Position numbers and translations under genes: made by a program
Shown: positions 42,687-53,065 of the stretch, one piece after another
Position numbering within the stretch: the first letter of the stretch is position 1
Layout of the letters: the number at the start of each line of letters is the position of its first letter
NCBI GenBank assembly: GCA_963733195.1
Contig: CAVTCR010000004.1
Location: forward strand, 1 to 56,549
Length of the DNA stretch: 56,549 bases
DNA from: an uncultured delta proteobacterium
GTDB taxonomy: Bacteria; Desulfobacterota; Binatia; Bin18
Reading direction: 5' to 3'
The notes under the pieces: generated by a model
Databases searched by the model: none
Told to the model about the DNA's origin: nothing
Seen by the model: only the letters and a program-made list of their open reading frames with translations

Positions 42687-43413
42687 TAGCTCTCCTAAAG
42701 TGCCCAGTTCGCAGGAAATGCACGGTCTGTTGGGCGACAGCCTCGTGCCTCATGATGAAGGTATGCCCATAGGGAACAATAAGAAAATCCGTCATGCCTT
42801 CTACTTTTGCCCGTTCCACTGCAACTTGGCCATCATCAGGACCAGGAATCACCCATGAGAAGAACGGATTGATACTGCGATTTCCAGTAATAATGCCAAG
42901 TGTGAAAGTGACAGGTCCGAGCGAATTGGGAACACTGGTACTATCGGTGCCAAGCTGTTGCCCAGCCGGTCCGGTCACCTTTTGAAACAACCACAGATCA
43001 CGCAACAGATCTACAATCTCACTCCCCTGATTTGGCGGACTCATCATCACCACTCGACCAAGATTTTCTATCAAATACTTTTTGAGGTATGCCCGAACGA
43101 GAATGCCACCTAAAGAATGCGTTACGAAATGGATTTTTCGTTCTGGAGCAATGCAACAGCGAGTGAGATCTTCATGTAACACGTCGACTAAATCATCAAT
43201 GCTTCGTTTCCGTGACGGATAATTAAGGTTATGAACCTCGTATCCCTGCTGGAAAAGTCTTTTTTCCAACACCTTCATAGATTCACGGGAGCGGCCAAGC
43301 CCATGCATGAGTACAACCAGCTGTCGCTGGTTGTGTGATGGCAGATCTTCAGCAACTGCCGGAGGTTGCGCGAAAAACAGAAGCAAGAGACAGGGCACGA
43401 TGGGGAGTTTCAT
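42670..43413 (-). CDS. Secreted alpha/beta hydrolase
   Basis: Signal peptide; LMHGLGR, THSLGG, DDGQV, GHTF. Confidence 0.9.
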   Translation of the reverse strand: MKLPIVPCLLLLFFAQPPAVAEDLPSHNQRQLVVLMHGLGRSRESMKVLEKRLFQQGYEVHNLNYPSRKRSIDDLVDVLHEDLTRCCIAPERKIHFVTHSLGGILVRAYLKKYLIENLGRVVMMSPPNQGSEIVDLLRDLWLFQKVTGPAGQQLGTDSTSVPNSLGPVTFTLGIITGNRSINPFFSWVIPGPDDGQVAVERAKVEGMTDFLIVPYGHTFIMRHEAVAQQTVHFLRTGHFRRAIDDER

Positions 43414-43553
43414 ACGACGCTCGTATCATAACTTGTTATCGTGGTGCCGGAAACGCTTTGCTTACTCCATCCTCAGGAGTGTTCTTCCCCCTTGACCAAG
43501 ATCACCCCCATCAGTAGCGTCAGCCAATCGGCCTCGCTCTAGAGGAATATGGA

Positions 43554-43733
43554 ATGGGTATTCGTACGGGTGCACAGTTTATCGCAGGCCTACGCGACAA
43601 TCGCGAAGTGTGGCTCGGCAATGAGCGAGTCAGAGATGTGACTACACATCCCGCCTTTTGCGCTCCAATCAAAAGTCTCGCGCGGCTGTATGACATGCAG
43701 CACGATCCAGGGCTGCAACCGTTGCTCACTTAG
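43554..43733 (+). pseudogene. 5' fragment of a 4-hydroxyphenylacetate 3-hydroxylase (HpaB-like) gene
   Basis: My translation: MGIRTGAQFIAGLRDNREVWLGNERVRDVTTHPAF...LARLYDMQHDP...* (59 aa). Confidence 0.8.
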
Positions 43734-43753
43734 ATGAGTTGCAGAAGCATAAA

Positions 43754-44635
43754 TCAAATCTCCTTCGCCGGAAGCATGACCTCATCACGAAACTTCCCCA
43801 GTTGTGCGACGAATTCGTCGATTTGTGGATTTGCAACAGGAGCCAGTAAACTCGATGCGCCGTGCTGACGATAGGTGCGAATGTGATCGAGTGAAAAGTA
43901 CGTCTTGTTCGCAGGAAACACACAGGTGGTAATAGAAGAGAAATCTCGTCCTTGCTCTGCACACAGCATCTTAAGTTCCGCTGACTTTGCAGCGAATTGT
44001 TCAGGAGACACGAAAGCAGGAAACCAACCATCCCCCTGTTGTACGACACGCTTAAGCGCGGCACGGGTCTCACCACCAAACCAGATTGGCGGATACGGTT
44101 TCTGTACCGGCTTTGGCGCAAAACCGATTTCTGTCTCTATGCTATTTAATCCAGAGATGCGCGGTCGTGCTTCAGTCCACAAGGATTTCATGGTCTTCAG
44201 ATATGAACGTGACACCTTAGCGCGATCAGCAAAAGGAACTCCTAGCAACTCAGTCTCTTCCGCAAACCAGCCAACGCCAACACCAAAAATAAATCGTCCG
44301 TTGCTCACCTGATCGAGCGTAGCAATAGCTTTGGCCGTAAGAATCGGTGGGCGATAGGGAATCACCGCAACGCTGGTACCGAGCTTGATTGTTTTCGTGT
44401 GTGCCGCCAATGAAGCAAGAAGAACAAACGGATCGTAAAAGTGATCATCAGGCGTAAACGACGGGCGGCCATCCGCTGAATATGGATATTTCGATTCATG
44501 CTGGGTAGGAATCACCACGTGATCGTTGATCCACACTGAGTGATAGCCATACTCCTCTGCGACTTTCGCAGCAGTCACATAATCTTCAACTGTGGCGCGA
44601 CGACCGAGACCGAGTAGATGAATACCAAAGTCCAT
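43754..44635 (-). CDS. LLM-class oxidoreductase, probably F420-dependent
   Basis: WINDHVVIP, YPYS, KLGTSV, GVGVGW, PKPVQKPYPPIWFGG. Confidence 0.9.
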   Translation of the reverse strand: MDFGIHLLGLGRRATVEDYVTAAKVAEEYGYHSVWINDHVVIPTQHESKYPYSADGRPSFTPDDHFYDPFVLLASLAAHTKTIKLGTSVAVIPYRPPILTAKAIATLDQVSNGRFIFGVGVGWFAEETELLGVPFADRAKVSRSYLKTMKSLWTEARPRISGLNSIETEIGFAPKPVQKPYPPIWFGGETRAALKRVVQQGDGWFPAFVSPEQFAAKSAELKMLCAEQGRDFSSITTCVFPANKTYFSLDHIRTYRQHGASSLLAPVANPQIDEFVAQLGKFRDEVMLPAKEI

Positions 44636-44746
44636 TGCAATACTTCCTCTCTCGCTCTCTCGGACTGAGACTCTGCGATTCGTGAACGGGCGTGACCTGA
44701 CGATAATTTCTCCTTTGTCTACGTAACACGTACACGCTTTACGCAA

Positions 44747-45532
44747 TTAGTTCGCCTTTCGCCGTCGATATTTCTCGACCATATACGAACCAGCAGCAAC
44801 TGACCCACCATCGACTGTCAACACAGTTCCAGTGATGAAGCCTGAATCCGGGGAGGCAAGAAACAGCGCAGCATGGGCAATCTCGTCAACCGTGCCAAGC
44901 CGTGAGATCGGCATGTGTTGCGCACGTTCACGCAAGGCCTCAGGAGGCCAGGTACGTAGCAGTTCGGTATCGATCGGGCCTGGTGCAATCGCATTTACCG
45001 TAATGCCATCATCTGCCAGATCAAGAGCGGCAGCACGCGTCAAACCTATGATCCCGGCTTTAGCAGCACCATACGGCGCAAGATCGATCGGTCCAATCAA
45101 TCCTGCAATCGAGGCAATATTGATAATTCGACCATACTTGTGCTTGACCATTTCTTGCGCAGCAGCTTGGGCACAGTAGAACGTACCAAAGAGGTGAATC
45201 TGTAGATGTCGCTCCCAGTTCTCTTTGGTGATCTTGAGAAAGTGTTGCGCTTTGCCGATGCCGGCATTGTTGACAATCACATCGAGTTTTCCAAGTGCAG
45301 CCGCTGCCTCATGAACAGCAGCTTGCGCTTTCTCGCAGTTGCTAACATCGACGGCTTTGGTGAAAGTTTTTCTCCCGAGCGCCTTGACTTCTTCACCTAC
45401 AGCGTACGCCCACTCTTCATTCAGATCCAAAATAGCGACATTAGCGCCCTCACGGGCGAAACGGAGTGCAATCGCCTTGCCGATTCCACGGCCTGAACCT
45501 GTGACTAACGCAACTTGCCCTTGGAGTTGCAT
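44747..45532 (-). CDS. SDR oxidoreductase (FabG-like)
   Basis: TGSGRGIG, NNAG, YGAAK. Confidence 0.93.
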   Translation of the reverse strand: MQLQGQVALVTGSGRGIGKAIALRFAREGANVAILDLNEEWAYAVGEEVKALGRKTFTKAVDVSNCEKAQAAVHEAAAALGKLDVIVNNAGIGKAQHFLKITKENWERHLQIHLFGTFYCAQAAAQEMVKHKYGRIINIASIAGLIGPIDLAPYGAAKAGIIGLTRAAALDLADDGITVNAIAPGPIDTELLRTWPPEALRERAQHMPISRLGTVDEIAHAALFLASPDSGFITGTVLTVDGGSVAAGSYMVEKYRRRKAN

Positions 45533-45547
45533 ACAATATCCTTTCTT

Positions 45548-45616
45548 AAACGTAAGACGTAAAACGTAACCACCCCTTCCCTTTTTCTTACGTTTTATTC
45601 TTTATGCATTACGTGT
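45548..45616. repeat. Inverted 7-bp arrays (AAACGTA / TACGTTT type)
   Basis: aaacgta agacgta aaacgta ... ttacgtt ttattct ttatgca ttacgtg. Confidence 0.75.
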
Positions 45617-46379
45617 TCAGAACGCCTTCCCCGCCATAAACCCACCGTCGATCGGAAATGTTGCTCCGGTAATGAAATCAGCTTCGGGTGAGGCCAGATA
45701 AAGAATGAGGTTGGCAATTTCCTCGGGCTGAGCCCAACGTCCCGCCGGATGCGCTTTTTTCAGTCCTTCAATCACTGTCGGTTGGTCGAAATACGATTCC
45801 GTCATTGAAGTGCGCACCACACCTGGAGCCACCGCATTCACCTGAATGTTCTTGTCCGCCAATTCGAGCGCCATTTCCTTGGTTAAGCCAACAACAGCAT
45901 GTTTAGAAGAAACATACGCCGCGCGATTCGGTACGCCCGTCAGACCAGCCACTGACGCCAGATTGATGATCTTGCCTCCTTTCCCTTGCTGCACTAGATA
46001 CTGCGCCACCGCCTGACTGCACAGAAACGTACCACTCAAATTGGTACCAATCACTCGTTGCCACTCTGCAAACGGCAATTCGAGAAAAGGAATGATCTCA
46101 CGTACACCAGCACTGTTCACTAGGATGTTAATGGCACCCAGCGCTGCAACAGTCTGGGTGACCATTGTTTGCGTAGAGGCTGGGTCAGTGACATCAACAC
46201 GGATGGCAACTAGCCTTCCGGCCACTGTTCCGCACTTCTGCAGCAACTGTTTCAGCTCTTTCAATATCAAAATCTGCAACACTGACATCAGCACCTTCCC
46301 GTGCGAATGCCAGACACGCTGCCCGGCCAATGCCACTGCCACCGCCGGTGACAAGCACGACTTTGTTAGTGAATCGCAT
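45617..46379 (-). CDS. SDR oxidoreductase (frameshift near 46200)
   Basis: TGGGSGIG in ORF 46194..46379 joins NSAG, YVSSK, IDGG. Confidence 0.92.
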
Positions 46380-46439
46380 ACTCCCTCCTTAGAAGATTTG
46401 CTTGGGCGTTGGACGACTTCCTCCTGTATAGTTTACGTT

Positions 46440-47461
46440 TTACGCTTTCCGAAACGCCGGCATGACTTCTTTGGCAAACAACTCAAACGCGCCCGTCGCC
46501 TTCTTCGGGTCAAGTCCAGGAAGTTGCGTCAGCATAATGAAATGAGTGCACTGGAACTCTTTCTGGAATTGCTCAATTTTGCGCGCAACTTGATCCGGCG
46601 TCCCGACCATCGCCGCACGGCCAAACGCCGAGTTACGAATCTCGCTGTGATGCTTGAAGGTCCAGACATCTTTATCACCCGGTGCGTCATTGGCTTCGGC
46701 AAGAATATGGCCGTAGAACTCCATCATGCTGTGGAGGTGCGGCGCAACGTTCTCCCACGCCTCGTCTTCGGTTTTTGCGGCATACACTAAGCGGAGCTGA
46801 GCAATGTTGAAATTCTTGGGATCATAGCCGTTCTTCTTGAGTTCGTCAGTGTACCACGGAGCCGGATCAGGGCCGAGGGTCGCCATTAAATGGCATCCTG
46901 CTTTCGCTACGCGACGGGTCGCTTTCTCTGCCCGTGCGCCGATCCACATCGGCATGGGGTTCTGCACCGGTCTGAGGCGAGAGGGTCATATTTTTGACTT
47001 GGGTAAACTTCCCATCAAAGGTCACGTTTTCTTCATTCCACAGGCGTTGCACCAATCGCACCCCTTCATGCATCCGCGCTGAGCGTTCTTCACGTTTCAT
47101 ACGGAACGCGTCGAATTCCATATACGAATAACCTTGGCCGACACCAAGGTCAAAACGGCCATTGGAGATAATATCAACACAAATGGAATCTTCTGCCGTC
47201 ACGCACTGGATGTTGGAATGGTAGCAACAAGATAAACGTCCCGATGCGGATGCGGCTGGTGCGCGCAGCGACAGCAGCAGCCGTCGGCAGAATCGACGGA
47301 TTGTAACCATCTTCAGTGAAGTGATGTTCCGTCAGCCAAATGTTGTCGTAGCCGAGTTCTTCACAGCGCACGATCTGATCAAGGATCGCTTTATACAACT
47401 CAGGAAACGGACGTCGCCATTGTTTAGGATTACGAAAATCTTCCATAAAGCCGAATTTCAT
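46440..47461 (-). CDS. LLM-class flavin-dependent oxidoreductase (two frameshifts)
   Basis: WLTEHHF.EDGY, RIRIGT, SNGRFDLGVGQGY, MVGTPDQV, FAKEVMPAF across three ORFs. Confidence 0.9.
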
Positions 47462-47629
47462 ATGGACCTCCTTCTCACTCTGCGCATCGGTGGGGTACGA
47501 TACCTCTCCCACTCACGAAACGCAAAGCACTCGCAAGCTGGTTGTCTCGCCTCTATTTCAAGATGGGGATAGAAGCGAGCGGTCTTGATCTTTTTGCGCA
47601 CCTGTTTCAAAAGGAGAGAAACAGCCCTC

Positions 47630-48150
47630 CGGTGGAGAAAGAAAACGCTCCGGCGGTCCTGTGATCGGGCCACTGGCAAGAGTGCGATTCAGATGGTGAG
47701 TGCGTGGGCCAGTGCCAATCGGCTGGAGTTAGGCCAACAGAAGGTCGATGAGAAATCGAACGAGATCACGGCGATCTGGGCCTTGCTGCAGCTCTTAGAG
47801 CTCAAGGGGTGCATTGTGACCATTGATGCGATGGGCTGTCAGAAAGCGATTACGCAGACAATTATTAAGCAAGAGGCGGACTGCGTGTTGACGCTCAAAG
47901 CCAACCACGGGCTGCTGATGAGGAAGTGCAGCGCTTCTTTGCGGGGGCACGGCAGCGTCAGTTTACCGACGTGGCGCATGAGTATGATCACACGCTAGAT
48001 GGCACCCATGGGCGGATCGAAGAACGACACTATTGGTTAGTGTCTGATCTGACGTGGCTGACGGCAAGGCGAGAGTGGACGGGGTTACGGAGTCTGGGCA
48101 TGGTAGAGCGGCAGCGAACGGTAGCCGGGAAAACAACAGTGGAAAGGAGG
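47630..48150 (+). mobile_element. ISAs1-family transposase remnant
   Basis: KTLRRS...MVSAWA...LGQ.KVDEKSNEITAI...VTIDAMGCQ...LKAN...HGRIEER. Confidence 0.9.
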
Positions 48151-48156
48151 AACGAT

Positions 48157-48771
48157 ATGTTTCTTGTTAAGCGGCTGGCTCAGTTAGCAGTTACTCTTTC
48201 CTACTTGGTGGGACACACGAGCTTGGCAGCTGTCGCCAAGGAGATGACGCCTATCGTTAACAAAGACCTCGGCAAAGTTTCACAAACCTCCGATTGGCAT
48301 AAAGACCAAGGCGGGATTTTTGAAGAGCGCCCCCTCTTGCGAGTTGCACAGGCGCGGTCAGAACGGAATGAGTTCAACCAAAAAGTGATTACCGAATTCC
48401 GAGCGAACCAAGGAAAGGTTGGCGGTCAGTTTGCCAACAGACCCTTGCTGTTGTTGACGACAACCGGCGCGAAGAGTGGCAAGACTTACACGCATCCGCT
48501 TGCGTACACAAAAGATGGCGATCGTTTCGTCGTCATCGCCTCTTTCGGAGGAGGCCCCAAGAACCCCTCTTGGTACAACAATTTAGTCGCCCACCCTGAG
48601 GTGACAGTCGAAGTCGGAAGCGAACGCTTTAAGGCCAAGGCTACGGTGACGACTGGCGAAGAGCGCCAGCGACTGTACGATCGTCAGGCTGAACAAATAC
48701 CAGCTTTTGCCGAGTATGCGAAAAAGACCACCCGAAAGATCCCGGTCATTGTGCTTACGCGCATCAAGTAA
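48157..48771 (+). CDS. Deazaflavin (F420)-dependent nitroreductase family protein (Ddn-like) with N-terminal extension
   Basis: FNQKVITEFRAN.G, LLLTTTGAKSG, IASFGG...P.WY.NL, RKIPVIVL; SD AAAGGAGG before ATG 48157. Confidence 0.88.
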   Translation: MFLVKRLAQLAVTLSYLVGHTSLAAVAKEMTPIVNKDLGKVSQTSDWHKDQGGIFEERPLLRVAQARSERNEFNQKVITEFRANQGKVGGQFANRPLLLLTTTGAKSGKTYTHPLAYTKDGDRFVVIASFGGGPKNPSWYNNLVAHPEVTVEVGSERFKAKATVTTGEERQRLYDRQAEQIPAFAEYAKKTTRKIPVIVLTRIK

Positions 48772-48786
48772 GCGCCGTTGGGGCTG

Positions 48787-48811
48787 TGTTCCCAGGCAGA
48801 GCCTGGGAACA
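48787..48811. repeat. Palindrome between convergent genes (REP-like, possible terminator)
   Basis: tgttcccaggcagagcctgggaaca; degenerate relative at about 21465..21484. Confidence 0.7.
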
Positions 48812-48857
48812 AGATCGTAAAAGCCAAATATTATACGTCACTGCGCCCCTCCTTATA

Positions 48858-49430
48858 TCATCGCTTGGGAGGAAGGATGTCAGACACAGCGATTCGTTGC
48901 CCGTGCGGAAGCGTAAGAGTCTGACCGGCGCGAAACGTACGCACGCGACGATACTGGCCGGTAGCCGTATCGGGGGAAGACATGGCTTCTATCCGGCGAC
49001 GCCTGAGCTCCACCACCCAATAGTGAGGAATGCCACTGCTCGCGTACACACGAGCTTTCTGTTGTCGGTCTTGTCGCACGCTGCTGTCTGCCACTTCGAT
49101 AATCAAGAAAATCTGCTCGGGGCCAGGATGGGCTTCGGCGTAATCCAATGGATCGGGAGCACAAAGCACCACATCAGGTTCTGGCTGGTTATGCTCGTCA
49201 AGTGCAATAGGAGACTGGACGCGAATATAGACCTCGGGGCCACACAGTTTCATGAGCTGATAGTTGAGGCGATTCACCGTCGCGGCATGAGGGGTGTTCT
49301 GTGGAGACATGGTTATCACTGCACCGTCGAGCAGCTCAACTTTTTCTCCAGCAAAAAATCCGGAGTCTACCAACCGTTGGAACTCACCTCGGGAGAATAA
49401 TCGCGCAATTGGTGCCGTTGCCGATGCCAT
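48858..49430 (-). CDS. Uma2 family endonuclease
   Basis: VELLDG..ITMSP...H, PEPD, IIEVADSS...D...K..YA..GIP.YWVV. Confidence 0.92.
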   Translation of the reverse strand: MASATAPIARLFSRGEFQRLVDSGFFAGEKVELLDGAVITMSPQNTPHAATVNRLNYQLMKLCGPEVYIRVQSPIALDEHNQPEPDVVLCAPDPLDYAEAHPGPEQIFLIIEVADSSVRQDRQQKARVYASSGIPHYWVVELRRRRIEAMSSPDTATGQYRRVRTFRAGQTLTLPHGQRIAVSDILPPKR

Positions 49431-49452
49431 ACAAACCTCTTCATTTTTGTCT

Positions 49453-52400
49453 CTATCGCTGTTTTTTCTTCTTCCTCTGCCCCGGTCTCTTCGGCGTTTT
49501 CCCTTCAAGCCCATCCAACAAGGCTTTCGCCTCTTGCAAATCCTTGGTGTCAAATCCTTCAGTGAACCAGTTGTAAACTTCGGATAACATCTGGTGTGCT
49601 TCGTCGCGTTTGCCTTGCTGTTGCCACAGGCGCGCAAGGCTCATCGTCGCACGCAGTTCGAGGGACTTGGCTTGTTGCTTGCGGGAAATCTCGATCGCTT
49701 TCAGAAAACATGCTTCGGCTTCCTGAGCTCAGGCTGGGCTAGGATTTGGAGAGTCAGGATTTGGGAGTTGTGACTTTTGACTTTTGACCTTCCTGACTTT
49801 TGACTTCCTGTTGAAGCGTCAGCTCGCCTTTAAGCCGATACAGCTCCGCCTCGTAGCACCGCTCCCCAGTTCTGTCCACAAAAGCTAACGCTTCAGCCAG
49901 TGCAGCTCAGCCCTTCCTCCATCTGTCCCGTTTTTCCATACGCTTCGGCCAGCAGGGCCAGATATGCGACTCGACGTCACCTCTCCCCGTAGCTCGCAGG
50001 GCTGCCAAGCCCTGGCGTATCTGGGCAATTCCTTCCTCTCCCTGTCCCTGCACAGCGAGCGCCCAGCCCTGCAGGATAGTGCCATGCGCCAGCCAGACGG
50101 GAAACCCTTGCTCGGTACTGAGAGCAGCAAAGCCTCGGCCCGCTTTTGGGCTGCCTGCCCTTCTCGGCGGAACTGATGCAGCCTGGCTGCCCAGTACAAC
50201 GCATTGGCGAGGCTGTAGGGGTGAGCCAGCTCCTGGGCGAGGGTAAGGCAGCCTCGTGATCCTCTTGAGCGCCTGGTCGGGATAACCCAGATACCCTTGA
50301 GCCGCCGACCCCATAGCAGAGGCAAAGCACCCCAGGGTCCTCGCCGTAGAGCACGGCTAGGGAACCGTGCTTGCAGCGTCGTAGAGGGCAATCCCCTGCT
50401 CCGTATATGCTCTCGGGCGGGGGCAAACTCCCCAGGTCGAGAGCAAGGTAGCCACCCAACATACTGTGGGCCTCCACGAGAAGGGCTGAGTCTTGCGCGT
50501 CTGGGCCAAGCGGAGAAACTGCTCGGCCAACTCGCGTCGCCGTCTGGAGTTCCGCTCGCACAAGATAAAAGATCCACAATCCCCAGAGCACCGGAAAGAG
50601 CTGCGGCGTCTCCCCAATCTGCTGGCAGAGCGCTCGGGCCCGGGTGTACGCTTGTTCCACCTCCGGAGCGGCGTAGCCTTTGGTTGCTATCAACGAATTG
50701 CCCAAGGCGATTTGCAGCGTAAGTTCTTGCTGCGAGCGCTCAGGGGTGTCCGGGAGAGTAATGAGCAACTCCAAGGCAGTAGTCAGGTGATTGATCGCTT
50801 CCGCATTGGCCGATCGCTGCACCGCTTGTTGCCCAGCAAGTTGCAGATAATCTATCGCCTTCTGCGTATTGCCGCTGCGACTGTAGTGTGACGCTAGTTC
50901 ACTGTATTGGTCCTCTAACCGACTGTGAAAAATTGTCTCGATTGCCCTGGCTGCGCGTTCGTGCAGCACTTTGCGACGTTCAACCAACAGAGAGTTGTAG
51001 GCCACTTCCTGCGTCAGTGCGTGCTTGAAGACGTAGTCTGGTTCAGGAAATGCCGGTTGTTCGTAGATAAATTCTGCGTCTCGTAAACGAGAGAGCAACC
51101 GTTGCAACGTTTCTTCAGAGTGATCGACAACTTGCTTGAGCAAACCGAGCGAGAATTCTTTGCCGATCACGGCCAGGGTTTGCAGCAGATCTTTTTCTTC
51201 TAGTGATAAGCGATCAATACGTGAGGCAAGGACGGCTTGGACGGTGGGAGGGATGTGCATCGTAGGTGGCGGGTTTGCAAACCCGCTCCTACATCTCTGC
51301 GCCAACACGCCCTGCTCGGCTAATTCCTGTACGATCTCTTCCATGAAAAAGGGATTGCCTTCGGTTTTGTCGAGGATGAATTGGTGTAGGGGCGACCGGA
51401 CGGTCGTCCCTACTTTTTCGGCAATTAATGCCGTCAGCATCTCCTCAGCATCTGCTTGGCTCAACGGATCAAGCCGCAGTTGCGTGTAATACGTCTTGCT
51501 GCCCCATTCATGGCGATATTCGGGACGGTAATTCACAAGCAGGAGGATCTTCGCACTGGCAATACTTTCACTTAGCAGACTCAAAAATGCCTGAGTCTCG
51601 TTATCGAGCCAATGTAAATCCTCAAAGATCAAGATCAAGGGCTGGTTGAGGCTCTCACGGATCAACACTCGTTTGATCGCCTCTAGCGTGCGTTTGCGGC
51701 GAATCTGCGGGTCCATTTGCTGGAGAGGAGAACTCGGCTCGGCAATGCCTAACAAGTAGAAGAGATATGGCAGGGTTTCTTCTAAGGTGCGATCTAAGGT
51801 TAGGACTTTGCCAGTGAGCTTCTCACGTCGTCGCCGTTCGTCATCTTGCGGCGTAAGCTGGAAGTAGTTCTTGAGTAAATCGATGAGTGGCAAATAGGGA
51901 TACGCTTTGCCGTGCGAGACTGAGAATGTCTCCAGCACAACACAACCGGTTTGGTTGAGCAGTTTGAATTCATGGAACAGACGAGATTTCCCTACGCCAG
52001 GTTCACCCATCACGCCGACAATCTGTCCATGCCCGGCCCGTGCCTGTGCTAACGCCGAGTGTAAGGCGTCTACTTCTCGTTGTCGTCCGATAAAACGGGC
52101 CAATCCTCGCCGGGCTGCAACTTGCAATTTGGTCCGTAGTGGCCCAACTCCGAGTACTTCATAAATCTTGAGGGGATCAGTCACGCCTTTGACTTGGGCA
52201 CCACCCAAAGACTTAAACTCGAAGTAGCCGTCCGTCAGTTTGTGCGTATGTTCGCTGACAACGATAGCTCCCGGCGTAGCTAGACTTTCCATTCTGGAGG
52301 CAATGTTGGTCGAGTGACCTACAGGGACGTAGTCAGTATGGAGGTCATCTTTACGAATAGACCGTACGACTACCTCACCGGTGTTGATGCCCACACGAAT

Positions 52401-53015
52401 CTGGACATTGATGCCCTGTTCCAGACGTAACTTCTCCGCTTGTTTCTTATTCTCTTCTTGCATCAACAACGCTGCATACAAGGCACGGTGCGCGTGGTCT
52501 TCATGAGCAATCGGCGCACCAAAGAGTGCAAAGATGCCATCACCCAGCGACTGCGCTACGTAGCCTTCATAACGATGGACGGCGTCCATCATCACTTGCA
52601 ATGCAGGATCAACGATGCGCTGGGCGTCTTCGGGATCAAGGTTTTCAATAAGGGCGGTCGAACCTTTGATGTCGGCAAAGAGGGCAGTGATAGTCTTGCG
52701 CTCGCCATCGGCTATGCCCCGTGCTTCCATCGCGGCCTGCTCCGCCGTATGCGTTCGGCCAGATGCGCAGGAGTGTAGGAAATTGGGGGCTGGGGGTTAG
52801 GGGCTGCGTTTGCGTATTACGTGGACTTTTTGGACTTTGGACCTGGACCTGACTTTGGACTGCTCCGTAAGGGACGTTCCGCATTCGTTGCAGAACTTAC
52901 TGCCAGGCGAATTGAGGGTTGCACACGCAGGGCACACAACTTCGAGTTTGTTGCCACACTCGTTGCAAAATTTGGCTCCGTCTTTGTTCTCGTGCTCGCA
53001 CTGGGAACAGCGCAT
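49453..53015 (-). CDS. Double-zinc-ribbon, class III nucleotide cyclase, STAND-type ATPase, TPR protein (several frameshifts)
   Basis: CSQC...FCNECG twice; LFADIKGST, LGDG, RVGINTG, NIASR; GEPGVGKS, FEDLHW, GNPFF, FKHAL; end WFTEGFDTKDLQEAKALL. Confidence 0.93.
51262..51292. repeat. GTAG-type REP palindrome inside the cyclase-STAND CDS
   Basis: gtaggtggcgggtttgcaaacccgctcctac; translated as CRSGFANPPPT. Confidence 0.85.
51386..51413. repeat. Second GTAG-type REP palindrome inside the cyclase-STAND CDS
   Basis: gtaggggcgaccggacggtcgtccctac; translated as VGTTVRSPL. Confidence 0.85.
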
Positions 53016-53065
53016 GATTACCCTCAGCACGTGTTACGTGGATGCCCGCCCTATTGCTATGAATC

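Noticed and set aside
47926-48771. A real 281-aa transposase-Ddn fusion protein
   Set aside because: The transposase part is a frameshifted internal fragment, and a strong SD-ATG at 48157 gives an independent start.
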